64,000 bases of DNA, from positions 170,026-234,025 of the forward strand of contig JACESI010000004.1 in NCBI GenBank assembly GCA_013911885.1, given 5' to 3'. This stretch comes from Hyphomicrobiales bacterium. GTDB lineage: Bacteria; Pseudomonadota; Alphaproteobacteria; Rhizobiales; JACESI01. Both the position numbers and the translations under genes were made by a program. The notes under the pieces are model-generated. The model did not search any database, was not told the DNA's origin, and saw only the letters and a list, made by a program, of their open reading frames with translations. Shown in pieces: positions 39,085-49,383 of the stretch (its first letter is position 1; each line of letters opens with the position of its first letter).

Positions 39085-40584
39085 ATGAATGTGAAGACCT
39101 ATCCATCAAGCGCCGTCAGACCTGTTGATGCAGGTTCTGGCCTCTTCATCGCGCTCGGGCTCGTTGCCGTGGTGACGGGCCTGCGGGCCATTGTGCTCTA
39201 TCTCACGCCGATGCAGCTTTTCTTCGACGAGGCGCAATATTGGAGTTGGGGAACGGCGCTCGATTTCGGGTATTTCTCGAAACCGCCGCTGCTTGCCTTC
39301 ATTATCCGGGGTTTCACGGAAATCTGCGGCGATGGGGAAGCCTGTGTGCGGCTTGCATCCCCGGTGCTTTATGGACTGACGGCGCTTGTTGCAGGTCTCC
39401 TTGCGCGCCGGATCGCCCCGCGGATGGGTGGTGCATCCGGTGCTGCGCTGATCTGGACGGCGATGCTTTTTGCCACCCTTCCGGGCGTGAGCTTCGCCAC
39501 GCGCCTGATCTCCACCGATGCGGCGCTTCTTCTGTGTTTCGCACTCGCGCTTCTGTTTCTTGACCGGTTGCGGGAGCGGGCATCGGCTGCAAATGCGCTC
39601 GGCTTCGGTCTTGCCATCGGTTTCGGCTTCATGGCGAAATATGCGATGGTCTATTGCCTCGGGTCAGCGCTTTTGTGGGTGCTGATCAGCCGCGAGGGGC
39701 GGCGCACACTGCTTCAGCCGGTTCTGCTTCTCACGCCCCTTGTCGCAGGCATCGTGGTGCTGCCCAATATTTTGTGGAATGCGCGCCATCAATGGATCAC
39801 GTTTCAGCACACGAGGGAGAATGGGAACTGGCAAGGGCTGCGGCTTCATTTCGACAATCTGGCTGAATTCGTGGGCGCGCAGATCGGCATTATAGGCCCG
39901 GTGCTTTTCGTCGTGCTTCTGATCGGTTTGTGGCGCGGCCGCAAGCGGCTCTCGGATGATGCCATTTTTCTGCTGTGCTTTTCCCTGCCGGTGCTGGCCG
40001 CCATGTGCATGCAGGCGACTGTCGCGCGTGCTCATGCAAACTGGGCGGCGGTCGCCTTTGTTCCGCTCACGGTCCTTGCCGTTTCCTGGGCGGTGAGCTG
40101 GCGGGCGAAGACGCCGCTGGTTCTTGCCCTCGCGATCCATCTTGTCGTGCTCGCAGGTCTTGCGGCTTCTGATATCAAGGCGGACATATTGGTCGAAACC
40201 CGGATCGGCTATCCCTATAAGCGGGTATTCGGCTGGCGGGAATTTGCCGAGGCGGTCCGCCGACAGGCGGAAGCTGCGGGCGCGAAGACGATCGTTGCCG
40301 GCGAGCGCGATGAGACGGCAGAACTTCTCTATTATTTGCGCGACAGCGATCTTGCCGTGCGGACATGGCCGCCGGACGGCCTTCCCGGCAACCACTATGA
40401 GATGGCGATCCCGCTTGCCGCTTCCGATCCGGGTCCGGTTCTGGTGCTTTCAGCCTGTGCGGCCAAGGGCGGCGCGGGCGAGGCACTGCCGGTGATCGAT
40501 ATTGCTGTCCGCCCGCGCTTTTCGATCCGCACCATGCCGTATCTGGCGCCCGCAGTCGGGTTGCGGGCAATCGATTATTGCTGA
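39085..40584 (+). CDS. glycosyltransferase family 39 (ArnT/PMT-like) membrane protein
   Basis: ORF 39064..40584 (TTG) trimmed to the ATG at 39085. Multi-TM, with FFDEAQYWSWG...YFSKPPL in the first loop region, typical of GT39/GT83-type enzymes. Confidence 0.8.
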   Translation: MNVKTYPSSAVRPVDAGSGLFIALGLVAVVTGLRAIVLYLTPMQLFFDEAQYWSWGTALDFGYFSKPPLLAFIIRGFTEICGDGEACVRLASPVLYGLTALVAGLLARRIAPRMGGASGAALIWTAMLFATLPGVSFATRLISTDAALLLCFALALLFLDRLRERASAANALGFGLAIGFGFMAKYAMVYCLGSALLWVLISREGRRTLLQPVLLLTPLVAGIVVLPNILWNARHQWITFQHTRENGNWQGLRLHFDNLAEFVGAQIGIIGPVLFVVLLIGLWRGRKRLSDDAIFLLCFSLPVLAAMCMQATVARAHANWAAVAFVPLTVLAVSWAVSWRAKTPLVLALAIHLVVLAGLAASDIKADILVETRIGYPYKRVFGWREFAEAVRRQAEAAGAKTIVAGERDETAELLYYLRDSDLAVRTWPPDGLPGNHYEMAIPLAASDPGPVLVLSACAAKGGAGEALPVIDIAVRPRFSIRTMPYLAPAVGLRAIDYC

Positions 40585-40616
40585 ATGCGCCCTCTTGATC
40601 GAATGTGTTTGTGCTG

Positions 40617-40640
40617 TTAAATGAACAAATGTTCATTTAA
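40617..40640. promoter_or_regulatory. 11-2-11 perfect palindrome TTAAATGAACA-AA-TGTTCATTTAA; probable TetR operator
   Basis: Read directly. It ends 3 nt before the ATG of the TetR gene (40644), overlapping its RBS region. Confidence 0.55.
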
Positions 40641-40643
40641 AGG

Positions 40644-41276
40644 ATGGCCGTGGCGCGCAAAGCAGGATCAAAGGGCAATCTGACGGCAAAGGCGATTGCC
40701 GATGCCGCGACGGCGCTTTTTGCCGAACATGGCTATGCCGCCGTTTCGATGCGCCGCATTGCCGCGCGCGTGGGGGTTCAGGCAGGCGCGCTCTACAATC
40801 ATTTCCCGACAAAACAGGATGTTCTCGCCTCGGTGCTGACCGGCCACATGGCGGCCCTGCTTGAGGCCTTCGAAGCCCTGCCCGCGCTGACGGCCGGGCC
40901 GGTCGCGGCGCTGGAGGGCTTTGCACGGTTTCATGTGCGCTATCACCTGACCCGAAAGAGCGACGTTTTCATCGCTTTCATGGAATTGCGCAGTCTTGAG
41001 CCGGAAAATTTCCGCGCTGTTGCGGCCTTGCGGCAACGCTATGAATATCGGGTGCGCGATATCCTCGCTTCGGGCCGGAGCGCCGGTCTCTTCCGCATCG
41101 AGGATGATCATCTAAGCGCGATGGCGCTTCTTGCCATGCTCACCGGCGTTACAAACTGGTATCGTCCTGACGGACGCCTGAGCGTTGCTGAAATCGAGGA
41201 AATTTATGTGGGGCTCACCCGTCGGGCGGTTGGCCTTGATATCATCCATGACCAGGCACTGAGAAAGGCTTTTTGA
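40644..41276 (+). CDS. TetR/AcrR family transcriptional regulator heading the liu operon
   Basis: 210 aa. The N-terminal HTH is [29 protein letters not shown]. Its stop overlaps the liuA start (TGATG). Confidence 0.9.
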   Translation: MAVARKAGSKGNLTAKAIADAATALFAEHGYAAVSMRRIAARVGVQAGALYNHFPTKQDVLASVLTGHMAALLEAFEALPALTAGPVAALEGFARFHVRYHLTRKSDVFIAFMELRSLEPENFRAVAALRQRYEYRVRDILASGRSAGLFRIEDDHLSAMALLAMLTGVTNWYRPDGRLSVAEIEEIYVGLTRRAVGLDIIHDQALRKAF

Positions 41277-42439
41277 TGTTTCAGGCCGGAATGAATTTCG
41301 CCCTCGGCGAGGATATTGATGCGCTGCGCGACATGGTGCAGAAGTTTGCCGCCGAAGAGATCGCGCCCCGCGCCGCGGAGATCGACCGTTCAAACGCATT
41401 TCCGATGGATCTCTGGGCGAAGATGGGAGCGCTCGGCCTGCACGGCATCACGGTCCCCGAAGCAGATGGCGGCGCTGGCATGGGCTATCTCGCGCATTGT
41501 GTCGCGATCGAGGAAATCAGCCGCGCGTCGGCCTCGGTCGGGCTTTCCTATGGCGCGCATTCCAATCTCTGCATCAACCAGATCGCGCGCTGGGGCAATC
41601 AGGAGCAGAAGACGAAATATCTGCCAAAACTGATATCGGGTGCACATGTCGGCTCGCTTGCGATGTCGGAGCCGGGGGCGGGTTCTGATGTCGTCTCGAT
41701 GAAACTGCGGGCCGAGAAACGCAATGACCGCTATGTGCTGAACGGCAGCAAGATGTGGATCACCAATGGCCCCGACGCTTCGACGCTTCTTGTCTATGCC
41801 AAGACCGACAGTGCTGCGGGACATCGGGGCATTTCGGCTTTTCTGATCGAGCGCGGGATGACGGGTTTTTCGACGGCACAGAAGCTCGACAAGCTTGGCA
41901 TGCGCGGATCGAATACCTGCGAACTTGTCTTCGAGGATTGCGAGGTGCCGTTTGACAATCTTCTTGGCTCAGAGGGAAAGGGCGTCAACATCCTCATGTC
42001 CGGTCTTGATTACGAGCGGGTGGTGCTTGCTGCCGGTCCACTCGGTATCATGGCGGCGGCCATGGATGTGGTGGTGCCTTATGTGCATGAGCGCAAACAG
42101 TTTGACCGCCCGATCGGTACATTCCAGCTGATGCAGGGCAAGCTTGCCGACATGTACACCACGATGAATGCCTGCCGTGCCTATGTCTATGCCGTGGCCG
42201 CGGCCTGCGACCGGGGGGAGACCACCCGCAAGGACAGCGCCGGCTGTATTCTTTATGCCGCCGAAAAGGCAACGCAGATCGCGCTCGAGGCAATCCAGGC
42301 GCTTGGCGGAAACGGCTATATCAACGACTATCCGACCGGCAGGCTGCTGCGCGATGCGAAACTCTATGAGATCGGCGCGGGCACCAGCGAAATCCGGCGG
42401 ATGCTGATCGGGCGCGAGCTTTTCGAGGAAACCGCATGA
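41276..42439 (+). CDS. liuA: isovaleryl-CoA dehydrogenase
   Basis: Acyl-CoA dehydrogenase fold ([24 protein letters not shown]). Identified by its position before the methylcrotonyl-CoA carboxylase genes. ATG at 41276; the ORF track begins with TTG at 41273. Confidence 0.9.
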   Translation: MFQAGMNFALGEDIDALRDMVQKFAAEEIAPRAAEIDRSNAFPMDLWAKMGALGLHGITVPEADGGAGMGYLAHCVAIEEISRASASVGLSYGAHSNLCINQIARWGNQEQKTKYLPKLISGAHVGSLAMSEPGAGSDVVSMKLRAEKRNDRYVLNGSKMWITNGPDASTLLVYAKTDSAAGHRGISAFLIERGMTGFSTAQKLDKLGMRGSNTCELVFEDCEVPFDNLLGSEGKGVNILMSGLDYERVVLAAGPLGIMAAAMDVVVPYVHERKQFDRPIGTFQLMQGKLADMYTTMNACRAYVYAVAAACDRGETTRKDSAGCILYAAEKATQIALEAIQALGGNGYINDYPTGRLLRDAKLYEIGAGTSEIRRMLIGRELFEETA

Positions 42440-44040
42440 AGCTTACCTCCAGCCTCAATCCGCGTTCCGAGGCTTTTATCGCGAGCCGGACAGCCATGGA
42501 ACGCCTTGTCGCAGAGACCGCGGCGAAGGCTGCAACGATCATGGAGGGCGGCGGCGCGCTGGCGCGGGAACGGCATAAGGCGCGAGGCAAGCTGCTGCCG
42601 CGCGAACGGGTGGCGCTTCTGTGCGATCCGTCAACGCCGTTTCTCGAAATCGGTCTCTTCGCGGCGAACGGGCTTTATGGTGATGAAGTGCCGGGGGCGG
42701 GCCTGGTTGCGGGCATCGGGCGGATTGCGGGTCAGGACTGCATGATCGTTGCCAATGATGCAACGGTAAAGGGCGGCACCTATTATCCGTTGACGGTGAA
42801 AAAGCATCTGCGCGCGCAGGAAATCGCGCTCGCCAATCTTTTGCCGTGTATCTATCTGGTCGACAGTGGCGGCGCGAATCTTCCCAACCAGGATGAGGTC
42901 TTCCCCGACAGGGAGCATTTCGGACGCATCTTCTTCAATCAGGCAAATATGTCGGCGGCCGGCATTCCGCAGATCGCGGCGGTGCTCGGCTCGTGCACGG
43001 CGGGCGGGGCCTATGTGCCCGCCATGTCCGACGAGGCGATCATCGTGCGCGGGCAGGGCACGATCTTTCTTGCCGGGCCGCCGCTCGTGAAGGCGGCGAC
43101 CGGCGAGGTGATTTCGGCAGAGGAACTCGGCGGCGGCGATGTCCACACCCGTCTCTCCGGTGTTGCCGATCATCTCGCTGAAAACGATCCTCACGCGCTC
43201 CAGATGGTGCGCAAGGCCGTGCTTCATCTCAATCGCCAGAAGCACGGTCAGTTGAATATCCAAACCGCTGAGCCGCCCGCCTATGACCCGGACGAGCTTC
43301 TCGGCGTCATCCCGGCCGATCCGCGCAAGGCCTTTGATGCGCGCGAAGTGATCGCGCGGGTGGTCGACGGCTCGCGGTTCGAGGAGTTCAAGGCGCGTTT
43401 CGGCGAGACGCTGCTTACCGGCTTTGCCCATATCGAAGGCATGCCGGTCGGTATACTCGCCAACAATGGGGTTCTGTTTTCGGAAAGTGCTGTCAAGGGC
43501 GCGCATTTCGTCGCGCTTTGCTGTCAGCGCAAGATCCCTCTCGTTTTCCTTCAGAACATCACCGGCTTCATGGTCGGGCGAGAGGCGGAAGCAGGCGGCA
43601 TCGCGCGGCACGGTGCGAAGCTCGTGACCGCTGTTTCAAACGCGCAAGTGCCGAAGGTGACGATGATTATCGGCGGCTCCTATGGCGCGGGCAATTACGG
43701 CATGTGTGGGCGCGCTTTCGATCCGCGCTTCCTGTGGATGTGGCCGAATGCCCGGATTTCCGTGATGGGCGGCGAGCAGGCGGCGGGCGTTCTCGCGGAT
43801 GTGCGCCGGAGCGGGATCGAGCGGCAGGGCGGCGTCTGGTCGGCTGAAGAAGAGCGTGCCTTCAAGCAACCAATGATCGACCAGTTCGACGCGCAGTCGC
43901 GGGCATTTTATTCGTCCGCGCGGCTCTGGGACGATGGCATCGTCAATCCGGTCAGGACTCGCGATGTGCTGGCCCTCAGCCTTGCGATCAGCCTCAATGC
44001 ACCAATCGGGGAAACACGCTTCGGCGTGTTCAGGATGTGA
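42436..44040 (+). CDS. liuB: methylcrotonyl-CoA carboxylase, carboxyltransferase (beta) subunit
   Basis: 534 aa with the carboxyl transferase domain pair. Has a 4-nt ATGA overlap with liuA. Confidence 0.9.
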   Translation: MKLTSSLNPRSEAFIASRTAMERLVAETAAKAATIMEGGGALARERHKARGKLLPRERVALLCDPSTPFLEIGLFAANGLYGDEVPGAGLVAGIGRIAGQDCMIVANDATVKGGTYYPLTVKKHLRAQEIALANLLPCIYLVDSGGANLPNQDEVFPDREHFGRIFFNQANMSAAGIPQIAAVLGSCTAGGAYVPAMSDEAIIVRGQGTIFLAGPPLVKAATGEVISAEELGGGDVHTRLSGVADHLAENDPHALQMVRKAVLHLNRQKHGQLNIQTAEPPAYDPDELLGVIPADPRKAFDAREVIARVVDGSRFEEFKARFGETLLTGFAHIEGMPVGILANNGVLFSESAVKGAHFVALCCQRKIPLVFLQNITGFMVGREAEAGGIARHGAKLVTAVSNAQVPKVTMIIGGSYGAGNYGMCGRAFDPRFLWMWPNARISVMGGEQAAGVLADVRRSGIERQGGVWSAEEERAFKQPMIDQFDAQSRAFYSSARLWDDGIVNPVRTRDVLALSLAISLNAPIGETRFGVFRM

Positions 44041-46052
44041 GTATGGGCCGGATGTTTTCCAGAATTCTGATCGCGAACCGTGGCGAGATCGCCTGCCGGA
44101 TCATGAAAACCGCCAAGCAAATGGGCATTCGCACGGTTGCGGTCTATTCCGATGCAGACCGCGACGCGCTCCATGTCCGCACCGCTGACGAGGCGGTGCC
44201 GATCGGGGCTTCGCCCGTCTCGGAGAGCTATCTTCGCGGGGACAGTATCATCGCGGCGGCTCTTATGACCGGGGCTGAGGCGATCCATCCCGGTTACGGC
44301 TTCCTGTCGGAGAACGCCGATTTTGCGGATGCCGTGAAGGCGGCAGGGCTTGCCTTCATCGGACCATCTGCTGCGGCCATACGGGCCATGGGTCGCAAGG
44401 ATGCCGCCAAGACGCTGATGCAAAAGGCCGGCGTTCCGGTTGTCCCCGGCTATCATGGCGAGAGACAGGATGAGGCCTTTCTGGCTGAGGAAGCGGCGAA
44501 GATCGGTTATCCGGTCCTGATCAAGGCGCGTGCGGGCGGTGGCGGCAAGGGAATGCGGCGCGTCGATCAGCCGGCAGATTTCAAGGCAGCCCTTGAGGGT
44601 GCGGCCCGCGAGGCGAAATCAAGCTTCGGCGACGGGCATGTTCTGATCGAGAAATACATCAATCAGCCACGCCATATCGAGGTGCAGGTGTTCGGCGACA
44701 GCCATGGCAATGTGGTCCATCTATATGAGCGCGACTGTTCGCTGCAACGCCGCCATCAAAAGGTGATCGAGGAAGCGCCTGCGCCAGGCATGACGCCGTC
44801 CTTGCGCGCGGCGATGACCGGCGCTGCCGTGCACGCGGCGCAGGCGATTTCCTATGAGGGGGCGGGTACGGTCGAATTCATCGTTGATGGCGCGCGGATG
44901 ACCCCGGACAGTTTCTATTTCATGGAAATGAACACCCGCCTTCAGGTGGAACACCCGGTGAGCGAAATGGTGACGGGCGTTGATCTCGTTTCTTGGCAAT
45001 TGCGTGTTGCGGCGGGCGAGCGGTTGCCGCTTGAACAAGACGCGATTTCAATCAGCGGTCATGCTTTCGAGGCGCGGCTTTATGCGGAGGATGCGGGACA
45101 TGATTTCCTGCCGCAGACCGGTCGGATCGCGCATTATGCAATGCCTGATCGCGCACGGGTTGATAGCGGCGTCGAAGCGGGAAGTGCGGTCACGCCTTAT
45201 TACGATCCGATGCTGGCGAAAATCATCGTTTCCGGTGCGAACCGCGATGAGGCGCTGAGCGCTTTCTGCACTGCGCTGAGGGGGGTCACGGTGGTCGGAT
45301 GCGTGACCAATCGCGACTTTCTTCTGGCACTCGCCGGCCATGCGGATTTCGCGCGTGGCGCGGTTGATACCGGATTGATCGGGCGTGACCTCGCGGCTCT
45401 TCTGGCGGATGGGCCGGCGCGTGCGCCTTATCGTGATCTTGCGATGCTGGCCGCGTTTGGCGCGCCGCTTGCCCTGGAAGATGGCCCACCCGATAGCGGT
45501 TTGGAAAGACGTCTTGGGGCCTGGCAGCTCTGGGGCGAACCATCGCTGCCTGTCACCCTTTCCGAGGATGGTGCAACCGTCACGGGCCTTGTCTCGCGGC
45601 TTGATGAGACGCGCTATCGCTGTCAGTCGGGCGAACGGGACCGGGTCTACGATATTCGGCGCGGGCAGGCGCTGCCATCCTTGCAATATTATCCGTCTGT
45701 GCTCTCGGACGGACGGGCTATCCTGGTGCGGGCGATTGTCTCGTCTGGTCAAATCACCATTGACATGAACTTCTATGCCCGCTCATTCGGTGACATGAGC
45801 GAGCATGTTGACGCGCCTGGTGATGACGTCGCCTCGAACCGCATCATCGCCCCGATGCCCGGCCTTGTAACGGTCGCAAACGCGGTTCCGGGTGCCCTGG
45901 TCGCGAAAGGCGATGTGCTTTTCGTCATGGAGGCGATGAAAATGGAGCATAGTCTCACAGCCCCGGTTGGCGGCCGGATTGCCGAGCTTTCGGCTTCTAC
46001 CGGTGATCAGGTTGAAAAAGGGGCGATCCTCGTTGTGATCGAGGCGGAATGA
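44037..46052 (+). CDS. liuD: methylcrotonyl-CoA carboxylase, biotin-carrying (alpha) subunit
   Basis: N-terminal biotin carboxylase region ([15 protein letters not shown]-grasp) and a C-terminal biotinyl domain with EAMKME. The start may be GTG 44037, ATG 44043 or ATG 44052. Confidence 0.9.
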   Translation: MSMGRMFSRILIANRGEIACRIMKTAKQMGIRTVAVYSDADRDALHVRTADEAVPIGASPVSESYLRGDSIIAAALMTGAEAIHPGYGFLSENADFADAVKAAGLAFIGPSAAAIRAMGRKDAAKTLMQKAGVPVVPGYHGERQDEAFLAEEAAKIGYPVLIKARAGGGGKGMRRVDQPADFKAALEGAAREAKSSFGDGHVLIEKYINQPRHIEVQVFGDSHGNVVHLYERDCSLQRRHQKVIEEAPAPGMTPSLRAAMTGAAVHAAQAISYEGAGTVEFIVDGARMTPDSFYFMEMNTRLQVEHPVSEMVTGVDLVSWQLRVAAGERLPLEQDAISISGHAFEARLYAEDAGHDFLPQTGRIAHYAMPDRARVDSGVEAGSAVTPYYDPMLAKIIVSGANRDEALSAFCTALRGVTVVGCVTNRDFLLALAGHADFARGAVDTGLIGRDLAALLADGPARAPYRDLAMLAAFGAPLALEDGPPDSGLERRLGAWQLWGEPSLPVTLSEDGATVTGLVSRLDETRYRCQSGERDRVYDIRRGQALPSLQYYPSVLSDGRAILVRAIVSSGQITIDMNFYARSFGDMSEHVDAPGDDVASNRIIAPMPGLVTVANAVPGALVAKGDVLFVMEAMKMEHSLTAPVGGRIAELSASTGDQVEKGAILVVIEAE

Positions 46053-46909
46053 CGGATCGGGTCAGGATATTCGAGGTCGGGCCGCGGGACGGGCTTCAAA
46101 ACGAGAAAATCTTCGTGCCGACTGTCGACAAGATCGCTCTGATCGACCTTCTATCCGAGGCAGGGTTTTCAAACATCGAAGTCGCGAGTTTCGTTTCGCC
46201 GAAATGGGTGCCGCAAATGGCCGATGGCGCTGCGGTGGTCGCCCAAATTGCCCGAAAGCCCTGGGTTTCCTATGCTGCGCTTGTGCCCAATCTCATCGGC
46301 TATGAGCGTGCCCGCGCGGCAGGGGTTGATGAGGTTGCGGTGTTCGCCTCAGCCTCTGAGGGCTTTAGCATCAAGAACATCAATTGTTCGATTGCCGAAA
46401 GCCTTGCCCGGTTCGAGCCGATCATCGCGCAGGCGGCTGCCGATGGCATCGCGGTACGGGCTTATGTCTCCTGCGCCATCGCCTGCCCTTATGATGGGGC
46501 AATTGCGCCGCGCGATGTCGCAGCCCTGGCGGCAAGACTTTCCGGCATGGGCTGTTACGAGATTTCGCTCGGCGACACAATTGGTGCCGGCACGCCGGAG
46601 AGCGTTGCGGCGATGCTTGACGCGGTTCTGGCGCTGGTTCCGGCGGAGCGTCTGGCCGGGCATTTCCACGATACCGGCAGCAAGGGGCTTGCCAATATCG
46701 AAACCGCGCTCACGAAAGGTCTGCGCAGTTTCGACAGTGCCATCGGCGGTCTCGGCGGGTGCCCCTATGCGCCGGGCGCCAAAGGCAATATCGAGACCCT
46801 GACCGTGCATGACCGGCTGACGGCCCTTGGCTTTTGTACCGGCCTTGACCGTGACAGGCTTCTCAGCGCCGGTGAGTTTCTTTCCACGCAGATTGCGAGG
46901 CATTCATGA
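46049..46909 (+). CDS. liuE: hydroxymethylglutaryl-CoA lyase
   Basis: 286 aa. FEVGPRDGLQNE is the HMGL N-terminal motif. Has a 4-nt overlap with liuD. Confidence 0.9.
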   Translation: MTDRVRIFEVGPRDGLQNEKIFVPTVDKIALIDLLSEAGFSNIEVASFVSPKWVPQMADGAAVVAQIARKPWVSYAALVPNLIGYERARAAGVDEVAVFASASEGFSIKNINCSIAESLARFEPIIAQAAADGIAVRAYVSCAIACPYDGAIAPRDVAALAARLSGMGCYEISLGDTIGAGTPESVAAMLDAVLALVPAERLAGHFHDTGSKGLANIETALTKGLRSFDSAIGGLGGCPYAPGAKGNIETLTVHDRLTALGFCTGLDRDRLLSAGEFLSTQIARHS

Positions 46910-47721
46910 CCTATCAGACCATCCGGCTCACGCAAGACAGAAACGGTATTGCCCGGCTGATCCTCGCGCGTGCCGAAAAGCACAATGCACTCAATGCCGA
47001 GATGATCCGTGAGCTGACCGAAGCGGCACGCCTGATCGATGCAAGTCGAACCATCCGCGCCGTGATCCTTGAAGCCGAGGGAAAGACTTTCTGCGCGGGT
47101 GGCGATCTCAACTGGATGCGTGACCAGCGCGAACGACCGGAGGCTGAACGTGTCCGCGAGGGCATGATGCTTGCGACCATGCTCTGTGCGCTGGACGACA
47201 TGTCAAAGCCACTCATTGCGAAGGTCCAGGGCAACGCCTTCGGCGGCGGTGTCGGCATGATGTGCGTCGCCGATATCGTGATCACGTCGGATCAGGCGAT
47301 GTTCGGGCTCACGGAAACCCGCCTCGGCCTTATCCCGGCAACCATCGGGCCTTATGTCGTGCGCCGGATCGGCGAGGGCGCGGCGCGGCAGATTTTCATG
47401 AATTCGAAGGTGTTCGACGCTGTGCTCGCGGTGCAGACGGGGCTTGCCTCCGCCATGGTTTCAAGCGGTGAACTCGACGCCCATGTCGCCCGCGAGGCTC
47501 TGGCCTTTCTCGAATGCGCGCCGGGTGCTGTCGCGGAGGCCAAGGCATTTGCAAAACATTGCGCCCGCACGACCGGTGATCTCACCGCCTATACGACGGA
47601 GAAACTAGCCGCGCGCTGGGCAAATCCGGAAGCGGCGGAAGGCATTTCCGCCTTTTTTGAAAAGCGCAAGGCGGCCTGGATGACTGGCGAGGCGGACGAA
47701 AGGCCTGGCACTCCAGCATGA
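46906..47721 (+). CDS. liuC: enoyl-CoA hydratase family; probable methylglutaconyl-CoA hydratase
   Basis: 271 aa of the crotonase fold (FCAGGDLNWM, GNAFGGGVGM). The function is assigned from operon context. Confidence 0.8.
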   Translation: MTYQTIRLTQDRNGIARLILARAEKHNALNAEMIRELTEAARLIDASRTIRAVILEAEGKTFCAGGDLNWMRDQRERPEAERVREGMMLATMLCALDDMSKPLIAKVQGNAFGGGVGMMCVADIVITSDQAMFGLTETRLGLIPATIGPYVVRRIGEGAARQIFMNSKVFDAVLAVQTGLASAMVSSGELDAHVAREALAFLECAPGAVAEAKAFAKHCARTTGDLTAYTTEKLAARWANPEAAEGISAFFEKRKAAWMTGEADERPGTPA

Positions 47722-47794
47722 TTTGCGCCTCTTTGCGGCAGGGTCGTTCCGGGTTCGGGTTGATTATGGCGCGTGGCTTCGCTAGGCCTATCGG

Positions 47795-48655
47795 GTGTCG
47801 CTTGGACCGGGGGTGATTGTCGTGGGTCTTGCTCGATTATTAAGAGCCGGTTTTTCCGCAGGTCTTCTTTTTGCGGCATCGCTGTTGTCCTATCCCGTGG
47901 CTGGGGACGAGAAGCCGTTGCTGGTTTTTGCCGCTGTCAGCCTTCAGGATGCGCTGGAGCCGATCGCGGCGGATTTTACCCGCAAGACCGGGCAGAAGAC
48001 CAGTTTCTCGTTTGCCGGCAGTGGAACGCTTGCCCGCCAGATTGCAGCCGGTGCGCCGGCCGATCTTTTCATCGCGGCTGATCTCGATTGGGTTGCCTGG
48101 CTTCAGATCCAGAACCTCACCCTGCCGGAAACGCAGCGCATCATCGCGCGCAACGAACTTGTCCTTGCAGCACCGGCATCCGGGCCGGCATCTCTTGCTG
48201 GCCAGTCGGCGGATCTTGGCCCAGATGCCGTTGTGGCGGCGCTGAAAAATTTCCTGGCCACCGATAAGGCACGGCTTGCGGTGGCCGACCCCGAAAATGT
48301 CCCGGCGGGTCGTTATGCCCGCATGGCGCTCAAGGCGCTTGAGGCGGAAATCGGGCCTTATGCCGCGTATGAGAAGCGTTTCGCGATTGCCGCCAATGTG
48401 CGGCTTGCGACGCTCCTTGTTGCGACGGGCGAAGTGCCGCTTGGCATCATCTATCGTTCGGACGCGATTGTTGAGCCGCGCATTAAGGTTGTTGGACTTT
48501 TTAACCCGGAAAGCCACGCCGATATCGTATATCCGGCGGTGAGCACCTTGCAGGGGGCAAAGCGGGCCCACGCCTTTCTCGATTTTCTTGGTGAAGAGGC
48601 TGCCCTGATGCATATCGAGGCGGCAGGCCTTTTGCGGCCTGAAAAGGGACGATAG
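47795..48655 (+). CDS. modA: molybdate ABC transporter substrate-binding protein
   Basis: 286 aa (GTG; exact start uncertain) with a signal peptide. Has VFAAVSL...FSFAGSGTLARQI, typical of ModA. Followed by modB and modC. Confidence 0.88.
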   Translation: MSLGPGVIVVGLARLLRAGFSAGLLFAASLLSYPVAGDEKPLLVFAAVSLQDALEPIAADFTRKTGQKTSFSFAGSGTLARQIAAGAPADLFIAADLDWVAWLQIQNLTLPETQRIIARNELVLAAPASGPASLAGQSADLGPDAVVAALKNFLATDKARLAVADPENVPAGRYARMALKALEAEIGPYAAYEKRFAIAANVRLATLLVATGEVPLGIIYRSDAIVEPRIKVVGLFNPESHADIVYPAVSTLQGAKRAHAFLDFLGEEAALMHIEAAGLLRPEKGR

Positions 48656-48657
48656 AT

Positions 48658-49383
48658 TTGGACGGCGTGATCGGATTTTTTGCCTTAAGCGAAGGGGAGC
48701 GCCTCGCCTTGCTCCTCTCACTCCGGGTCGCGGGCCTTGCCGTTCTGATCGCTTTGCCTCTCGCCTTGCTGATCGGCTTCATCCTGGCGCGCTACCGGTT
48801 TTTCGGACACACGCTCCTCAATGTCCTGGTGCTTATGCCGCTCGTCCTGCCGCCCGTCGTCACAGGCTACCTGCTTCTCATCGGGTTTGGAAACACCGGG
48901 CCGATCGGGCGTTTTCTCAACGATGTTTTCGGCGTCTCGCTTGCTTTTCGCTGGACCGGTGCCGCCCTTGCTGCGGGGGTGATGGCGTTTCCCCTGATGG
49001 TGCGGCCGATCCGGCAGGCGATCGAGGCGGTCGACCGCAATCTGGAAGTCGCGGCACGCACGCTTGGCGCCGGGCGGCTCACCATTTTCTTGACGATCAT
49101 TCTGCCGCTTGCGTTGCCCGGTATTCTTGCTGCCCTCATTCTGGGTTTTGCCAAGGCCCTCGGCGAGTTTGGCGCCACGATCACCTTTGTCTCCAACATT
49201 CCGGGCGAAACGCAGACGCTGCCGCTTGCGATCTATTCCCTGTTACAGGCCCCCGGGCACGGGTTCGAATTGTGGCGCCTGACGCTTCTCAGTCTGGCCC
49301 TCGCTGCCCTCGCTGTGATCTTCTCTGAGATCATGACCGCGCGCGCCAAGCGCCATCAGGGAGGGCGGGATGCTCGACATTGA
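48658..49383 (+). CDS. modB: molybdate ABC transporter permease
   Basis: 241 aa with a TTG start. Carries the EAA-loop region LEVAARTLGAG. Confidence 0.9.
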   Translation: MDGVIGFFALSEGERLALLLSLRVAGLAVLIALPLALLIGFILARYRFFGHTLLNVLVLMPLVLPPVVTGYLLLIGFGNTGPIGRFLNDVFGVSLAFRWTGAALAAGVMAFPLMVRPIRQAIEAVDRNLEVAARTLGAGRLTIFLTIILPLALPGILAALILGFAKALGEFGATITFVSNIPGETQTLPLAIYSLLQAPGHGFELWRLTLLSLALAALAVIFSEIMTARAKRHQGGRDARH

